Origin: Balanoglossus misakiensis
Taxonomy: Eukaryota > Animalia > Hemichordata
Reading direction: 5' to 3'
Length of the DNA stretch: 64,000 bases
Assembly (NCBI GenBank): GCA_040954595.2
Contig: CM082588.2
Coordinates: 5,840,202-5,904,201, forward strand
Under the pieces are notes generated by a model. It was not told the DNA's origin. It searched no databases and saw nothing but the letters and a program-made list of their open reading frames with translations. Every line of letters starts with the position of its first letter. The stretch's first letter is position 1. Both the position numbers and the translations under genes were made by a program. Positions 11,070-39,190 of the stretch are shown in pieces.

Positions 11070-11230
11070 AAACTTGCATTTTAATAAATATTTATTTAGG
11101 AGTATAAATCTGATATTTCGATAGAATTTGCACTTTATTTTTTTTATTAACTTGCATTTTAATAGATATTTATTTAGGAGTATAAAGCTGATATTTCGAT
11201 AGAATGTGCACTTTATTAGACATTTATTAA
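11070..11230. repeat. Short direct repeat (~78-bp period, 2+ copies)
   Basis: AACTTGCATTTTAATA.ATATTTATTTAGGAGTATAAA.CTGATATTTCGATAGAAT.TGCACTTTATT occurs twice. Confidence 0.85.
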
Positions 11231-11393
11231 GAAATATAACTCCCTGACTTAATTTGATTAAATCTGCTACAGATATAGATTTCAGCAATGTTATGGTAGT
11301 TTGTCATGCACAAAATATCTAATATTTTCAGGGAGCCTGCATATTTAAACACTATCAGTTTAGCAGAGTACAACTACTTTACACATCTGAGGT

Positions 11394-11557
11394 TGGTCCA
11401 ATATAAGACCACTGTTACTTCATTTAGCTATCCAGACAACCCTCGCAACAGCCACAGAGATCAGTACACCCGACCTCTGGGGATGGTCCAATATAAGACC
11501 ATACACCAAGACTGTTACTTCATATGGTTATCCAGACAACCTCACAACAGCCACAGA
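11394..11557. repeat. Direct duplication (~60-70 bp, two copies)
   Basis: TGGTCCAATATAAGACCA...CTGTTACTTCAT...TATCCAGACAACC...CAACAGCCACAGA occurs twice. Confidence 0.8.
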
Positions 11558-11875
11558 TGGAGCTAAAAATTCCTGATACAAATTTATAAATATGTACATA
11601 TAGGGAGTGATGCAGTGGGGCAAAGTGACCCTAACCCTACCTAACCTGTTAACAAATAAACAAATGAGACCATATTTGAAAACAAACAAGCAAACATTCT
11701 CTGTTTATTATTAATCACACACACACACACCACCCACGAGGAGGACAAGCTCCATGTCCTTGGATGAACAAATCAACTGATAAACTGCAACGGACTGACC
11801 AGCACTAGCTACTCTTATGGCAAGACAATTATAGATTTGGCGACGATCGAGTCAAGATCATCTCCATAGGTCTCT

Positions 11876-12088
11876 TTCATGACCCCTATATGACTTTACA
11901 TCCTTGTACTTTGTTAGAATTTTGGAATAAGAAAAGTGTGAATTGATGCTTGAAATAGAATCGCATTTGTAATTCAGTAAATATTTTATTTACTATTGCA
12001 ATGCTAGAGTTTTTGCAGTTTTTCATCACAATGATGGATTTGTACCAACAGAAGTGTAGGGATGTAAAGTTATGTTGGGGTCACGAAA
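11876..12088. mobile_element. Degenerate MITE/foldback relic
   Basis: TTTCATGACCCCTATATGACTTTACATCC is the reverse complement of GGATGTAAAGTTATGTTGGGGTCACGAAA (~12060) with 4 mismatches. Confidence 0.5.
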
Positions 12089-12464
12089 ATGGCCAATTAC
12101 TTGAAAGGGCTTGTCCTGTGCAACTTTTTTGATGTTGCACTGAATAAATTGATGGATTGTCCGCCATCAATGCATCTGACTGACTGAATCTTATTGGACA
12201 GTGAAATGAGTGACGTACCATCACTTCCATTGAAGACTGCCCTCATTGGTAGCGTTGCATCATGGACCCCTCGTGGGTAATGGTTGCATCCAGAACGTTC
12301 TAGTTCACAAAAGAAAAGAAAAGAAAAGTAAGTTTCAGGCTGACAGAAATGAATTTTCACAAGATGGATTTGTGAATTTGCGACACATAACACAAGGAAG
12401 TTTTGAAATTTGATGATTCTTGGAAAAGGCGTTTAGCCTTGGCACAAATTTAGACGTACTACGC

Positions 12465-12839
12465 ACTGTAAACGGAGACATTTTCGCGAACGATAAATTT
12501 TCACGAACTTCCGAGAGCCAGAAACAAATGCGAAAATAGTCGCGAAAGAACAATATGCCACTCGGCTGTTCGATTCACACTCGGGCAAACAGACTAGCAC
12601 GCGCACACATTAAAATATAATGGTTGCGGTTTCATGATTTTGCTACACATTGCGCAATTTGTTTGAACATGATGGTTTGTGGCCAAGAAACTGCTACAAA
12701 TGAGAGAAATAAGCGTACAATTGAATGATTTTCGGAGATAACAAATGCAGTTAGTGAACGCGGAAATTAATCGTCGCATAACAGTCGCCTCTTTTGATAT
12801 CGCGAAAATTTCGCGTCAAGAAAAAATTCAGGTTTTCAG
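12465..12839. mobile_element. MITE-like relic with degenerate CTGTAAA...TTTTCGCG-type terminal inverted repeats
   Basis: Left end CTGTAAACGGAGACATTTTCGCGAACGATAAATTTTCACGA; right end reverse complement CTGAAAACCTGAATTTTTTCTTGACGCGAAATTTTCGCGA; CpG-rich island in AT-rich flank. Confidence 0.45.
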
Positions 12840-14533
12840 CAACTCCATGCTTGCGTGAATGCCCCCCCCCCCCCGAACTCCGTCGAACTTCCAGACATCA
12901 CAATTTTCTGCTCAAAAAAGAAAAAAATAAGCCAAAACTTACCTCAAATACAATGTAGTAACTTCCTCACAGAATGGTGAATTTGAGTGTGGAAAATGGG
13001 AAGGTAAAATGGATTTTTTTCACGGGGAAAGTCGGAGCAAACGTGGACATGAAAAACGTGGCCGCTTCTGAAGGTCTGAATTTGAAAATTATTCATAATC
13101 CGTTGAGCTGCTATTGATAAACAAATTTTGCCTGGACAGACTGACCATTCACAGACTACTGATAGGAAATAGCATAGGTAATGATTTGCATAAATTATTA
13201 TGCATGAGCCTGCAGTTCAGCTGTGTTCATGCAGGAGACAGCCAATCAGGGATAAGCTTTTATAATTATGGCTCCCGTATTCACTCCAATAATCCAATCA
13301 GGAAAAAGTACACAGCAACTGTCACAAGAAAACAATTTTTTTGTACAGAAGCCAGAAAAATATGATAAATTAGTCGTAAATAAGCACATGTACTAAATAC
13401 AAAAAAATGCAACAGCGCCACCCATATGCCAAACACATTTATACTAGCTTGAACATGTACAGTTATTGGGATATGTGTACATATAGACAAACATACATAC
13501 AGCAATGAACTGATCCCATAAGCTCCCACTTGTATTAATACATTTGCTATCAAAATGGGAGTCATTATATGGAAGGAATATTTCCAAGTAACTTGACATC
13601 AAAAATGTCACAATATAAATAAATTGATATAACACATTAAGTATCACTAATTTATTACAAAAGTGTAATAAATTCATTTACATTCCATACAAAAGGCATA
13701 TACACGTAGTCCAAACATAAAAAGTCAATTCATCTTCAGAAAAATAGCACTTGAAATACAAATATAAATTTTTGCCAGCAGTAACATATCTCCAACCTGT
13801 ATATCACGGAGGTGGTAATTATGTAAATTTGATTGAGTCTGTTAAAATCAAGTATATGTAATCATGGAAACTGGAGTTCATTTCAAGTTTATTGTGTAAA
13901 TTTAATGCATGTCTGAGTGAAATTCAAGCAGATTCTATTTCTAAACTCCTGTTGTGAATCATTAGAGAAATTCATCATATGTGTGAAAATCTCACGACTG
14001 GAACAGATTTCTTTACGGCATTGGACGTAAAATTCCTGAGATATAAATACAGAGCCATTTGTCCATTGTGATTGTATATACATGAACATTCAAATTCATT
14101 CAATATATATAAAAGTGTGGTCCAAAATATTTCATTCGTAACAAAAATGAATATTTAGCAGTACATAAATATGGTAGAATTACTGTTACAAAATGGTGGC
14201 ATTATATTGCTTATTCGAACATTTCATTAAAAAATTGATTTTTTCAACAAACTCTTACATTTCTATGAGATTAAGTGTCCTTGATGTAAATTGAGAATCA
14301 AAGGTTGACTTTGTTGTCAGTAAATTAGACTAGTTTCACTGATAACTGCTGCTGTGCATATAAACTGTGAAATCTGCCACAGCCATTTCGGTCTGGGAGT
14401 TTAAACTTAGACAAGTCTTAATTCAGGTTCTCAATGACTACAACATGGAATGTACCACATTGCTTGTTATAATACTGGTACATGTAACCATTCTCTTTCA
14501 CTGACAGTTAAACAAGTTAACGTAAAAATCTGA

Positions 14534-29221
<14,688 letters not shown>

Positions 29222-29879
29222 CACAGAAGCTGTGACTCTACCGTTGTCAGAATTCACACTCCATGTCAATCTCACCCAACACCATCACACCAATCTGTAA
29301 CAAATAAAGATGAAAACAATACACACCATGATTTACACAATATCTTGAGTGAAAGGTATATAACCATTCATCCCTAATTTGCATAAAAACATGCATATTC
29401 ATATAGGGTTGAAAGGCAAAGCCAAATGTCTAATTTACATATGCCCATACATGGTTATATAGCACGTCTTGAGACATAAGAATCTACTGCAGCGATTATA
29501 GAGGGCGCTGTTGAGTGTCACCACAGCCAAACTGCTACTGCATCACAAGTTCAAGGCCTTATACTTGTGCAAAGCAATGTGTCTGTCACCGCTTGCAGTA
29601 GTCCTGATGGACATACATTTGTGAAAACTTAGAATCTTGCCGGGTGGTCACGATTTCAGGTTTTCAGCATCAGTACTCCCCGGTTATATTCAAGACCCAT
29701 GGCCATGAATGATGAAGCATTGAGCCTTTGAGGTGCTACTACACGTCAACTGTGCACGTCGCCTACAAAGTCAAATGACATGAATGACGGATATCTCTAG
29801 CTGCAGTACCGTAGCTCTAAAGTATACTAGTGGTCTGTGCCTGGTGACCCTGTTGTTGGTTTTGCCGGCCAACCAAAGA

Positions 29880-30160
29880 CAGACAAAACCTGTCCTTCCA
29901 ACTTCAAACCCGGAAGTGGTGAACTGAAGTGGTGTTGCTGTTGGTCTTCGCTTCGCGATCAAGTGGAACTCGGCGGATTTCCCCCTTTTCTTAAATAACT
30001 ATATACATTCACGCATTAATTAAATACCACAAAGGAATCGCTAAACGATCTCCTATAAAGTCAATGTCCTACCTTCGTCAAGTGCAGCGTCCAACGACGC
30101 GTCGCGTGTGCTGGTCGATTTCACTCAGTTTGAAATCGCCGCCATATTTGTTTACAATAG
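29880..30160 (-). promoter_or_regulatory. Probable POLQ promoter and non-coding first exon
   Basis: CpG-rich patch. ETS site CCGGAAGTG (~29910), CHR-like TTTGAA at 29903-29908 (-) and 30129-30134 (+), YY1-like GCCGCCATATT at 30138-30148, minus-strand donor GAAG|GTAGGA at 30073/30072. Confidence 0.55.
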
Positions 30161-30627
30161 CAACGCAATGCACCCTGGGAAAACATATCATTTTTGCATC
30201 AAACTATATATACAGCCACTGAGCATAATCATAAGTGATTTTCGTGCTATAAATAACAATTTTCAATACATAATTTCTATACTAGAGTACAATTTAATTA
30301 CTTTAGAACAAGACAACTTGACTGCTAAAGAATGTATATGACAGCCCGCCCTCACAAAGATGTTTAAAAATCAACTTTTGTTTTTATTTCATTGCAGTAT
30401 TCGAATCTGCCTCCGGCTTCTTACATGTTGAGGGTGTACATCTTAAATTGGCCATAATTCAATGAATGATAAAGTAAAATCGACGACAAAATGGATAGCT
30501 GGGTAATTACCAGGGGCCGGCTACTTGGCTCTATTCATTACGCAAATTTCGGGGAGTGGATTCTTTATTCAAATTCAATAAAACTCGCGGTTTTCTGCGT
30601 GTAATTGACTGAAGACGTTACTGCAAA

Positions 30628-30630
<3 letters not shown>

Positions 30631-30722
<92 letters not shown>

Positions 30723-30729
30723 CTCTCTC
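30631..30729. repeat. (CT)n microsatellite
   Basis: Directly visible. Confidence 0.98.
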
Positions 30730-32893
30730 GTGAACCATACGTGGTGTAGCATTGCATGTGCGCCATCAACGTCACACTTTGCAGAAGGTGGGGATGAGAA
30801 CGACAGGATGAAAGTAAAACTCAGGGGATGCATTTTAAAATTTTAATATGATACATTCCGTTGGAGATGTTTATCTCATCGCCATTTTGGTCCGTTTCCA
30901 TGACAGCTTTTGTCGGAATTCTGTAGACTAACGCGGGGCAGACTCCTTATGACCTCGCTGGAAACAGTAGATCGCTGCGACGGTTAAAATCTGAACTGAG
31001 GTCCTCTCTGATAACCCTTTATGATGGAGATAAATATTTAAATTCATTGGTGGCGCTGTTACGAAGTCGACCAGAATCAATGTTGAAACAGACAGAGACG
31101 TTCCGTAGGCTGTCGGATCAGAACACCGGCGTCAACGAATGATCAAATCCCATGCCAATGACATCTCAAGGCTTAACTTTAAATTCTTTACCCAGGCCAC
31201 CAGTGAATAGTAATAACCAGCCATTATACGGGAGTATTGATTCAGATCGTATCTGGGGCGTGATACAAGCTGTATTGAGAGCAGAACACGGCGTCTTTCT
31301 GAGACTACGGAAATTGAAATATGGGCCTGCCAACGACTAACAGATATCTGCCAGTTGGAATAATCAAACATTTTAGAATAATTTTCAATTTCGCTTTAGC
31401 CAGAAAGATGGGCAGATGACTTGTAGCTACCAATACTAGTAGGTAAAGCGGCCTTTGTTTGGTAAAAGCTTGACAAAAGAATTAATATACATTTTAGTAT
31501 ATATGAGAAGTTGTACTCTGTTGAAATATTCTAGGAGCTTATACTGGATGGGAATATTAGTTCACTTAGACAGACAGACAGAGAGACAGACAGACAGACA
31601 GGAGGCAAGTTGGGATTCCGTTCTTTGCTTTACAATAGTCGAACAACGCCATTTGCCGCTGGGCTATGGTTCAGCTGAAACAGACAACAAGAGCAGCAAA
31701 CTCCGTGGATTCTGGAAACAAGGCGAAAGGGGGACAGGTGGTAGGCATCGGATATGTTGTATCGTAACTTGATATTTGGTGATGCGCGGGTCTAACGCGC
31801 GCGCGTTTGTGTGCATGCGCGCGTGTGGGTGTACTCACTTGTAAAGTTATGTATAATTCTTTTGAATTCCTCCTACTTCTGAAGTTGTGTTATGATTAAG
31901 TTTTACAAGCTAAATAAGTGACAAATCGGCAGTGTATGAGAAGGGAATTCACATAGAGAAAATGGTACATTGCCATATAATATTCTTGCAAATAGCATGG
32001 TGCTTTTCAACTGCAGTAAACAGGTCAATGATTTCTTAGAAACAGGGTGCTAAACAATTAAATGATAATATTAATCATTGATTTTACTGAAACAAGGATC
32101 CCGTGTTCTGCCATACACAGGTGTTTTACTGTGACGTCCCGACCTTGCTGGTATTAAAATTAGTCAAGGGAGAACAAAACTTCAATTTTTACATTTTTTA
32201 ATTGGACTTTGGAGTTATGTTTTAAATAACCTGCATATTCTCAATTAATTTGTTTGCATTTGCGTTTTAATGTTTCCTGTTATCTTCGCTCATTTCGCAT
32301 TTCTCTACACAGGTATCGCGGTTCTGCTGGGACGCAGGTACAAGACAGCCCAAAATCAAGTTGAAAGCGAAATACTAGTACCAGCGTCTATGATATGCTG
32401 TAGACAATGACGGAAACGATGAATCTATGATCATTCAACCGAGATTTTAGGACAAAATCATAAGAAACGTATATTTATGGCAACAACAGAGATTAAAAAA
32501 ACATATGCTTGAAGAGTAGCGAGACACCCAAAGGCTGGGTTGTAAAGTGGGTATATTGTTTCGGTCACCTGTTTGCCCGCCAGGATTGCAGGCAAGTAAT
32601 CGGCCTTAAAACCTGATGTGTACATTTCAATCGATTACAAAGACGATGTTTCAAAATCAGCCGCCGACTCGGTCGTGTCTTGAGTGTTTAAAACGTGTCA
32701 GGTACATGTAGGTTTGAGTTTTCCTTTCCTTGTCGGATGGCGTTATTTGTTGGCCATTTTCAAGCCCCCTCCAAAAAAATGGTCGGTATACGTACTACAG
32801 TGACTACTGAAATGATGGATCCCAAGAAAATAATTCATGTGAGTGTACATCGCCAGTGACGAACTCGGCAATGGACCTGTGGTAGTTTTCTCA

Positions 32894-32894
<1 letters not shown>

Positions 32895-32940
<46 letters not shown>

Positions 32941-32947
32941 GCAACAA
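32895..32947. repeat. (AAC)n microsatellite
   Basis: Directly visible. Confidence 0.97.
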
Positions 32948-34976
32948 AACAGGCCACCAAAAACTATAATAATATAATTTTTTTAGTTGGCTCACTAGTC
33001 AAAGAAAGATCCACGATTCGAAGACAAGAATTCGACTGGCAGAAAACTACAACAACATCATCAGCAACATGTGGGTACATGTATGCAAAGCAACGTGGCG
33101 AGATTTTACACCAGAAAAAATCCTGTAGCAAACTCTATCACGTACCAAAGTCAACACTACAAGTTCTGAGAACTTCTCTCGTTGGAATCAATCAATTGCG
33201 CACGGAGAATATTCCGATGCAGCGTGACACGACATGGTGTATAAGAAGATGAATGAGCGCGATTCTTAAAATCATTATTACAGATAAGAGCCAAGACCTG
33301 CTCGGAATACACGTCGCGATGGACTGAAGTAAATCCATCCTGAACTGATGGGTTTTTGATGCAAATTTGGAGGCATTTTACATTTTATAAACCCTCGGCA
33401 TTCAAATGAATTACGCCTTCCTTACACCAACGCAGAAAGTTCTATTGCCCAAACTACAAACCAGTTAAAATCCATTCCCATGATGCTCTGCAAACCCCGT
33501 CCAAAGAAGCGCGCCCCCGGTGTTGAAAACGACGAGATCTCTGACGTCATATGCTATCAAATTTCAGTCTATCACTGGAAACCTTGATGCCGATAGTATC
33601 TGCGTTGTTAAATATTCTTTTACGGTCTCTCGCGCGCCTATTAGTCTGCAGCGGTAATCTGTAACACCGTACCCTTGACGACGGCTCTCCTGAAACGATT
33701 AGAAGCGTAAGACCTCTTTAACTCCAACTTTAAAGACTTTTGTCTCAAAATTTACTGTTTACAAATTGCGGATCTCGCGTTGGGGACTGGAAAGCGTTTT
33801 TTGTTAGGAGAGCCTTGATCCACAACGCTGTGGGTTTACCGTTTTGCAATTCAGCTGAGCAGCAATGATAGCGTCCGAATACATCGACTTTGTGCCTTCT
33901 GTGTGAAATTGGCACTATTTTGAGATAATTGAGCAGGTTCGTTATATTCTTTCACCAAGAAATTTGTGTGGGTGCGCAGGTCAAAAAAAAAAACACACAC
34001 ACAATTACAGATCTTCGCATGTCTAAAGATTGTGAACTAGCGTCGAGGTTTATATCGCCAAAGTTCCTTAAATGACGCGACACACAGTACACGCGACATA
34101 AGCGCGCTACTTCTACAACAAAGAGCTAAATGTCTAATACCCCCTTAAAATATACCGTCCTAACAACCCGGAGACGCGAAACGACTGAAAAGGGGCTTAA
34201 TTGACCCAAGGCGTCACGTTAATTGTGGACCGGTGCTTCGGGAGGGATCTTTTTGTCGTAACACGCATACCTTGAGTCGCGGTCGTTTAGAAGATGTCCC
34301 CGAAGTGCAATAAATTTGAATGATTTATGAGGAAAGCAAGAACTTGGAGTTTTTGACGTGCAGACTGTCTTCTGTCGCCGTCTTTAATCACGTGTGCCAC
34401 AAGTGCGGTTTCGCAGGTACTTCTAACTTTGATAAAAAGTTTGGTGTTTAGAGGAAAAGGCAGGGAAAGTTGAAAAAGCAAACGCAGCAACTTCGACCAA
34501 TTATGCAAGTAAAAAAGAGGAAAGTCTGAAAGACAGACAGACAGGGAGACTGTACTGTTTACAAGGAATTTCGATACGATAAAATATCAACTACGATCCA
34601 TACGACATCAGAACCACAAAACTTGCACAAAGTGCATATATGAAATTATTCCAAACATCTCCTTCAAAGCGACAAATATTCTGATTTCCTTTAGACACTG
34701 CCGCTATCGAAAATTGGACTGAGTTGCAGATTACGGCCTGATTGGGTCCGTACGCCCAATTTGTGCTGCAAATGGGGCGATACGTTGACACATTATGGAA
34801 ATGACGAATGGCAAATAAATAAACATGGAAGATGAATAATTTATAATTTCATAGACACGTTGAACGGACGTGTTTTTATCCCTAGATAGTCTTATGAACA
34901 GGGCCACTGTGATTAAAGGGGTTTAGGCCTGAATCTATAACAGTAAAATTAAGGAGACGTGCTACACCACATATGG

Positions 34977-35112
<136 letters not shown>

Positions 35113-35829
35113 GATGAAACCGTGGAAAGGAAATAAAATTGTCTTTTCCAGAAACATACACCCAAAGTAAGTAATTTACTACAATAATAGATCAAGTTTC
35201 TGTTTTGAGAAATATTTGAGAAATATTAAATGTTTGTACATGTAAATGAGCAAAAACTCAAAATAAATGCGGGGTGTTTTTATAATAAATCCGTTGTCAA
35301 TAGAAATAGCGGGGAAAACGGGCTGACATAATGTTACAGCCATCTGAGAGATGATTTCAGATTGACAGGAGTCTGGCAGGTTTCAAAGACAGCAATAACC
35401 GCCGCAAACGTGCCCCCAACTTTGTTGGAAAATAATATTACCGGTCTATTCAAAAGATTAAATGTTAGATTGGAGTGATTATACTTTTAGTGGGGTTTCT
35501 GATAAAAGCATCTTCTTCGCGCGCCGGAGTACGTGACGGAACGCGCACCGGCTGTTCCCGATTTCGCGTCGGTTCGCTCGGCAAAGTGCGTCTTCTCTAT
35601 ATTTCGGGGTCACAGCTCGCGAAATGCCCCCGTATTAACTTATATTCTAACAAACATATCCCCGAGCGACCTCGCTTATGAACTTCTGTTGTATCGCGGT
35701 TCACATGAAATCATCACAAAATTGCCATATTGTGCGTATTTTGATGACTCGCCTGCCCGGTGTATCAACTTCAAAGGCTGCGCTCCCGAGCAATTTAAAC
35801 TTTCTGGACGAGCAATATTCCGACGGGGT

Positions 35830-36285
35830 CGCCAAAGGTCGGCGCGAGGCAATTTTTCTCTGCAGCTTTGTCTCAAAATCTGTCAAAAAACGATTGGCCC
35901 TGTCTATCAGTATCAATTACGAATTCCCAAAGATGTTAATTCCAATTCCCCTCAGTTCGCGTCCTCTCACGTGACCCCTACGACACCCAGACACCGGAAT
36001 CAGCTCAAGCGTGTGCGCGTAATCACTTTTATAACGTTTTTTGCGGGTCTTCTGCCAACAACCGGCAAATTGATAGGAATCTGGTGGATTTTCCATTCGA
36101 ATTAGAATTAGAGGGGAAATAATTCGATTCTGGTGTTCCAAATGTGCGGTTTGTTTTGGTGTTACACCATCGCCGGTAATTATCCAATTATTTGGGGACA
36201 CGCGAAGCTATTTGTCTTGAGTTCGCTCCGTTATTGTCAATTTCTACACGGACGCGCGCGCACTCCTGGGGACGCGCGGAAACTT
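35830..36285. promoter_or_regulatory. Paralogous non-coding module, copy 1 (putative enhancer)
   Basis: 36167-36255 matches 40797-40885 at 69/89 positions ungapped; further collinear matches with 52170-52400 and 56400-56880. Confidence 0.55.
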
Positions 36286-38649
36286 TTCTCAATCAAAACA
36301 TGTACAGCGTTGGGAAGTCAAGATGCTCTCTGGAATAATGATAATCGATATACACTGCACTTCACTACCGTCTGTCATTCAGAAATATTGACATAGAATA
36401 CATCTAACCACAAGAAGAGCACAGCAGATTTTAATAGGTGAAATGATTTGTTTGGCAAATGTTATGTTTTGACGAAGTGGGGACACAAGCATTCAAAAAA
36501 TCTGAAGAAGGGAGCCGATTTTGATGACCGAGGAGATAAACATGCATGTTCTAGTATTTAAAGGGTTGGACTTAAATTGGAAGATGAAATATCGCCCATG
36601 TCGAGCTGATGTATAGGTTTAAGAATAATCTATAAATAATTTTGCAAAACGCAAAAATAATGATTCCATACGAGCAAATCACAATCTGTCGATGGTAAGA
36701 CCAAGGAAAATAAAGAAATGCTTAAATTAAACCACACACAATAAAACCCACGACGTATTTCACTAATCACAGGAGTTATTGGCCTACGGTTGGCTCGTGT
36801 ATGGCCGTGCCACTCATAAAATTCGGTACTAATCCTAAATCGACTGCCACACTTGAAACACATTAAACGTTACGTGTCAAAGGTCAGGTCGCAGGAATTA
36901 CGCAAAAGCGAGTCAAAATTTTAAACGTTGATGTCGAAACATAAAATGCGATCAGAACGAGAAAACAGGGATTGGGTATACACTGGAGACATTTTTATTG
37001 ACAGTAGAAAAAATTGGACTTTTCGTTCTAATATCCAAAGTTCATATAAGGTCGCGCAGTGAGTTTTTAGGTGTGAAGTAAAATGCAGATCTCAATATGT
37101 TTTTTGAGCCGATAAATCTCGAACTCAAGTAGAGACAGAAATATTGGAATTGTGCGGATACCATGGGCCGCGTGTAAAATGATTATTTGCACACATACAC
37201 ACACACCCACATTCAATCAAAATCAGATGTAGGGTTGGCTCGACTCGATCTTTACATTAATGTGCTGATTCTTGACTGTTCTGTTCTGTTCTGTTCTCGT
37301 ATGTCAGATTGCCTCATATCCATCCATCCATCCATCTATCCCATACATGTACAGGCAGGCAAACAGACAGACATTGTAAATTGGTAAATCAACCTACGAT
37401 TGATGGTCTAACTCAATAACATTGCTGGTGATGCATATATTGACTGCGGTGACAAGATGACAATTTGGCATATCAACATGGTGTAGGGAGTAGAACAAGA
37501 AACTGTAGGTGACACACACAACAGAAATACTGAAAATATTATTGAAGTTAAAGCTACTTTGCCTTTAACCTGTAGTGGCTTCATAACGTACAGACTAGGA
37601 AGGGTGCACCTAGTGGAGTGTACAGGAGTAAAAAAGCTCTAAATCACCCTAATGAGTCATAACTAATTGAGAGAACTCCAATGGGTCGTAAAAGGGACAG
37701 TAAACCGCTGACTGGCGAATGAATCCGGGTTTCATGATGATTGAACTGTGCGTCGTAGCCGTTTTGCGGCATCTACACGCGTAGACGCTTACGCCAGCCT
37801 GGCGCCACCAAGCCGATCACCTTCGATTGCCCGCGATTGAAAATAACGAACGTTTAAGTTTACAACCCCCACACTAAGTTTAACCTACGGGGTAAGGGTG
37901 CGCAGTAAAGATTTCCACAGATTGCCACAAATAAGTTTAGTCCTATCTGAAAAGTACGAAAAATAAATCGCATGTGATTTGATTTCTTAAGTATTGGTGG
38001 TATTAAAATGTGCTGGATGCAGTTAGACTTTGCAATGAAACTGAAACGGTCATATAATCACTATGCTCCCCAGAAAGACTGCATATTCGTATAGGCAATT
38101 CAACAAATCTTATAGGTTACATTTCATGTCAAATTTCGCTTATACTTCCAAGGATGAATAAACAAATCGTTTTGCTGAGAGGGTGTTGACCAACCTGCCG
38201 CAAAAAGTCAATTTCGTTTTCACAATTGGCTCCTCGATTGGCAGTTATTTCGGAAAGTTTCAAAAAGTTAGTGAAATCGCGATAATGCGACTTTTTAATT
38301 CATAAACTTGTTCTCTATCAATTCGGAGCTTAAAAGCCAACAGCATAGAGTGTACTCGAGCAAGCTACTATAGCAGTAGTCAGGCACTGCATGTGATTTG
38401 TGTAGTGCTTAGGGCATTAATTGGAACCAGGCACCATCTACTAACGTTCCATCATCTCATGACAAAGTCATAAAGAAAACATCTTTATTACCTGTGCGGT
38501 TAAATTTGGTACTCAGTCGCCATGGCGACAGGCAATCACGACTGCGTTCCTCAGTTGCTGCGCGTAATTGGTATAACATAAATCACGGCAATTATGCAAA
38601 GTTTGTTTCCTTTCTTTCAGATGAAACTTAATTAAACGGAGATCGGGAG

Positions 38650-39190
38650 GAGAAATTGATTTGGCGTTTGTATTGGGGACACAAACGCCATAACTCGAGT
38701 ACTGAATGATTCTTTTTTTCCCTCCGAGTTCTCCACCTTAAAGTAGTCATTAAGGTACTTGGTTTCTCTGGTATGATTTGTTAGTTTTCCAGTGGAGTCA
38801 ATTTAGATACCTTAGATGGTAACGGCTCGGAAATTGCAAATCCTTTAACAATTTCCAGAACAGGCCGTGGGAAGGGCACTTAAGCCCCCGCGAATGTGTG
38901 TTTGCCGAGTGAATCCATCCTTCGGAATGACAATACGTAATTGAAAAAAAACAGTCGATAAGGAGTCGGGCAAATCGCATCACTCTCGTCGGGGGGAAGA
39001 TTTACAGCGCTCGCCAATTTCTATTATTCACTCGTTCCACCATCCATGCGTCAAACTTAAGTGGTCCTACACGGTTAATGTACATGTATTTCTTCTTTCG
39101 GAGATATCTCATTTTTTTATTGACAGTTTTGTCAGGTCCGCCGCGATCTCATCTTCCGTTCTTTACTCTATGAATCTCTCAGACGGTTGA
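38650..39190. promoter_or_regulatory. Non-coding element paralogous to 57575-57790
   Basis: Shared ordered blocks AGAAATTGATTT, AGAACA.G.CG.G.GAA, GTAATTG(A)nYAGTCGATAAGGA, GGAGATAT and ACTCTATGAAT. Confidence 0.5.

Noticed and set aside
31050-32520. Divergent protein-coding gene upstream of POLQ (ORF 31152-31340, acceptor at ~32312)
   Set aside because: Frames are short, stop-rich and without recognisable homology
35475-36396. Cluster of overlapping ORFs including a 190-aa frame
   Set aside because: Non-ATG start and no domain; explained by GC-rich regulatory-type sequence whose paralogues do not preserve frame
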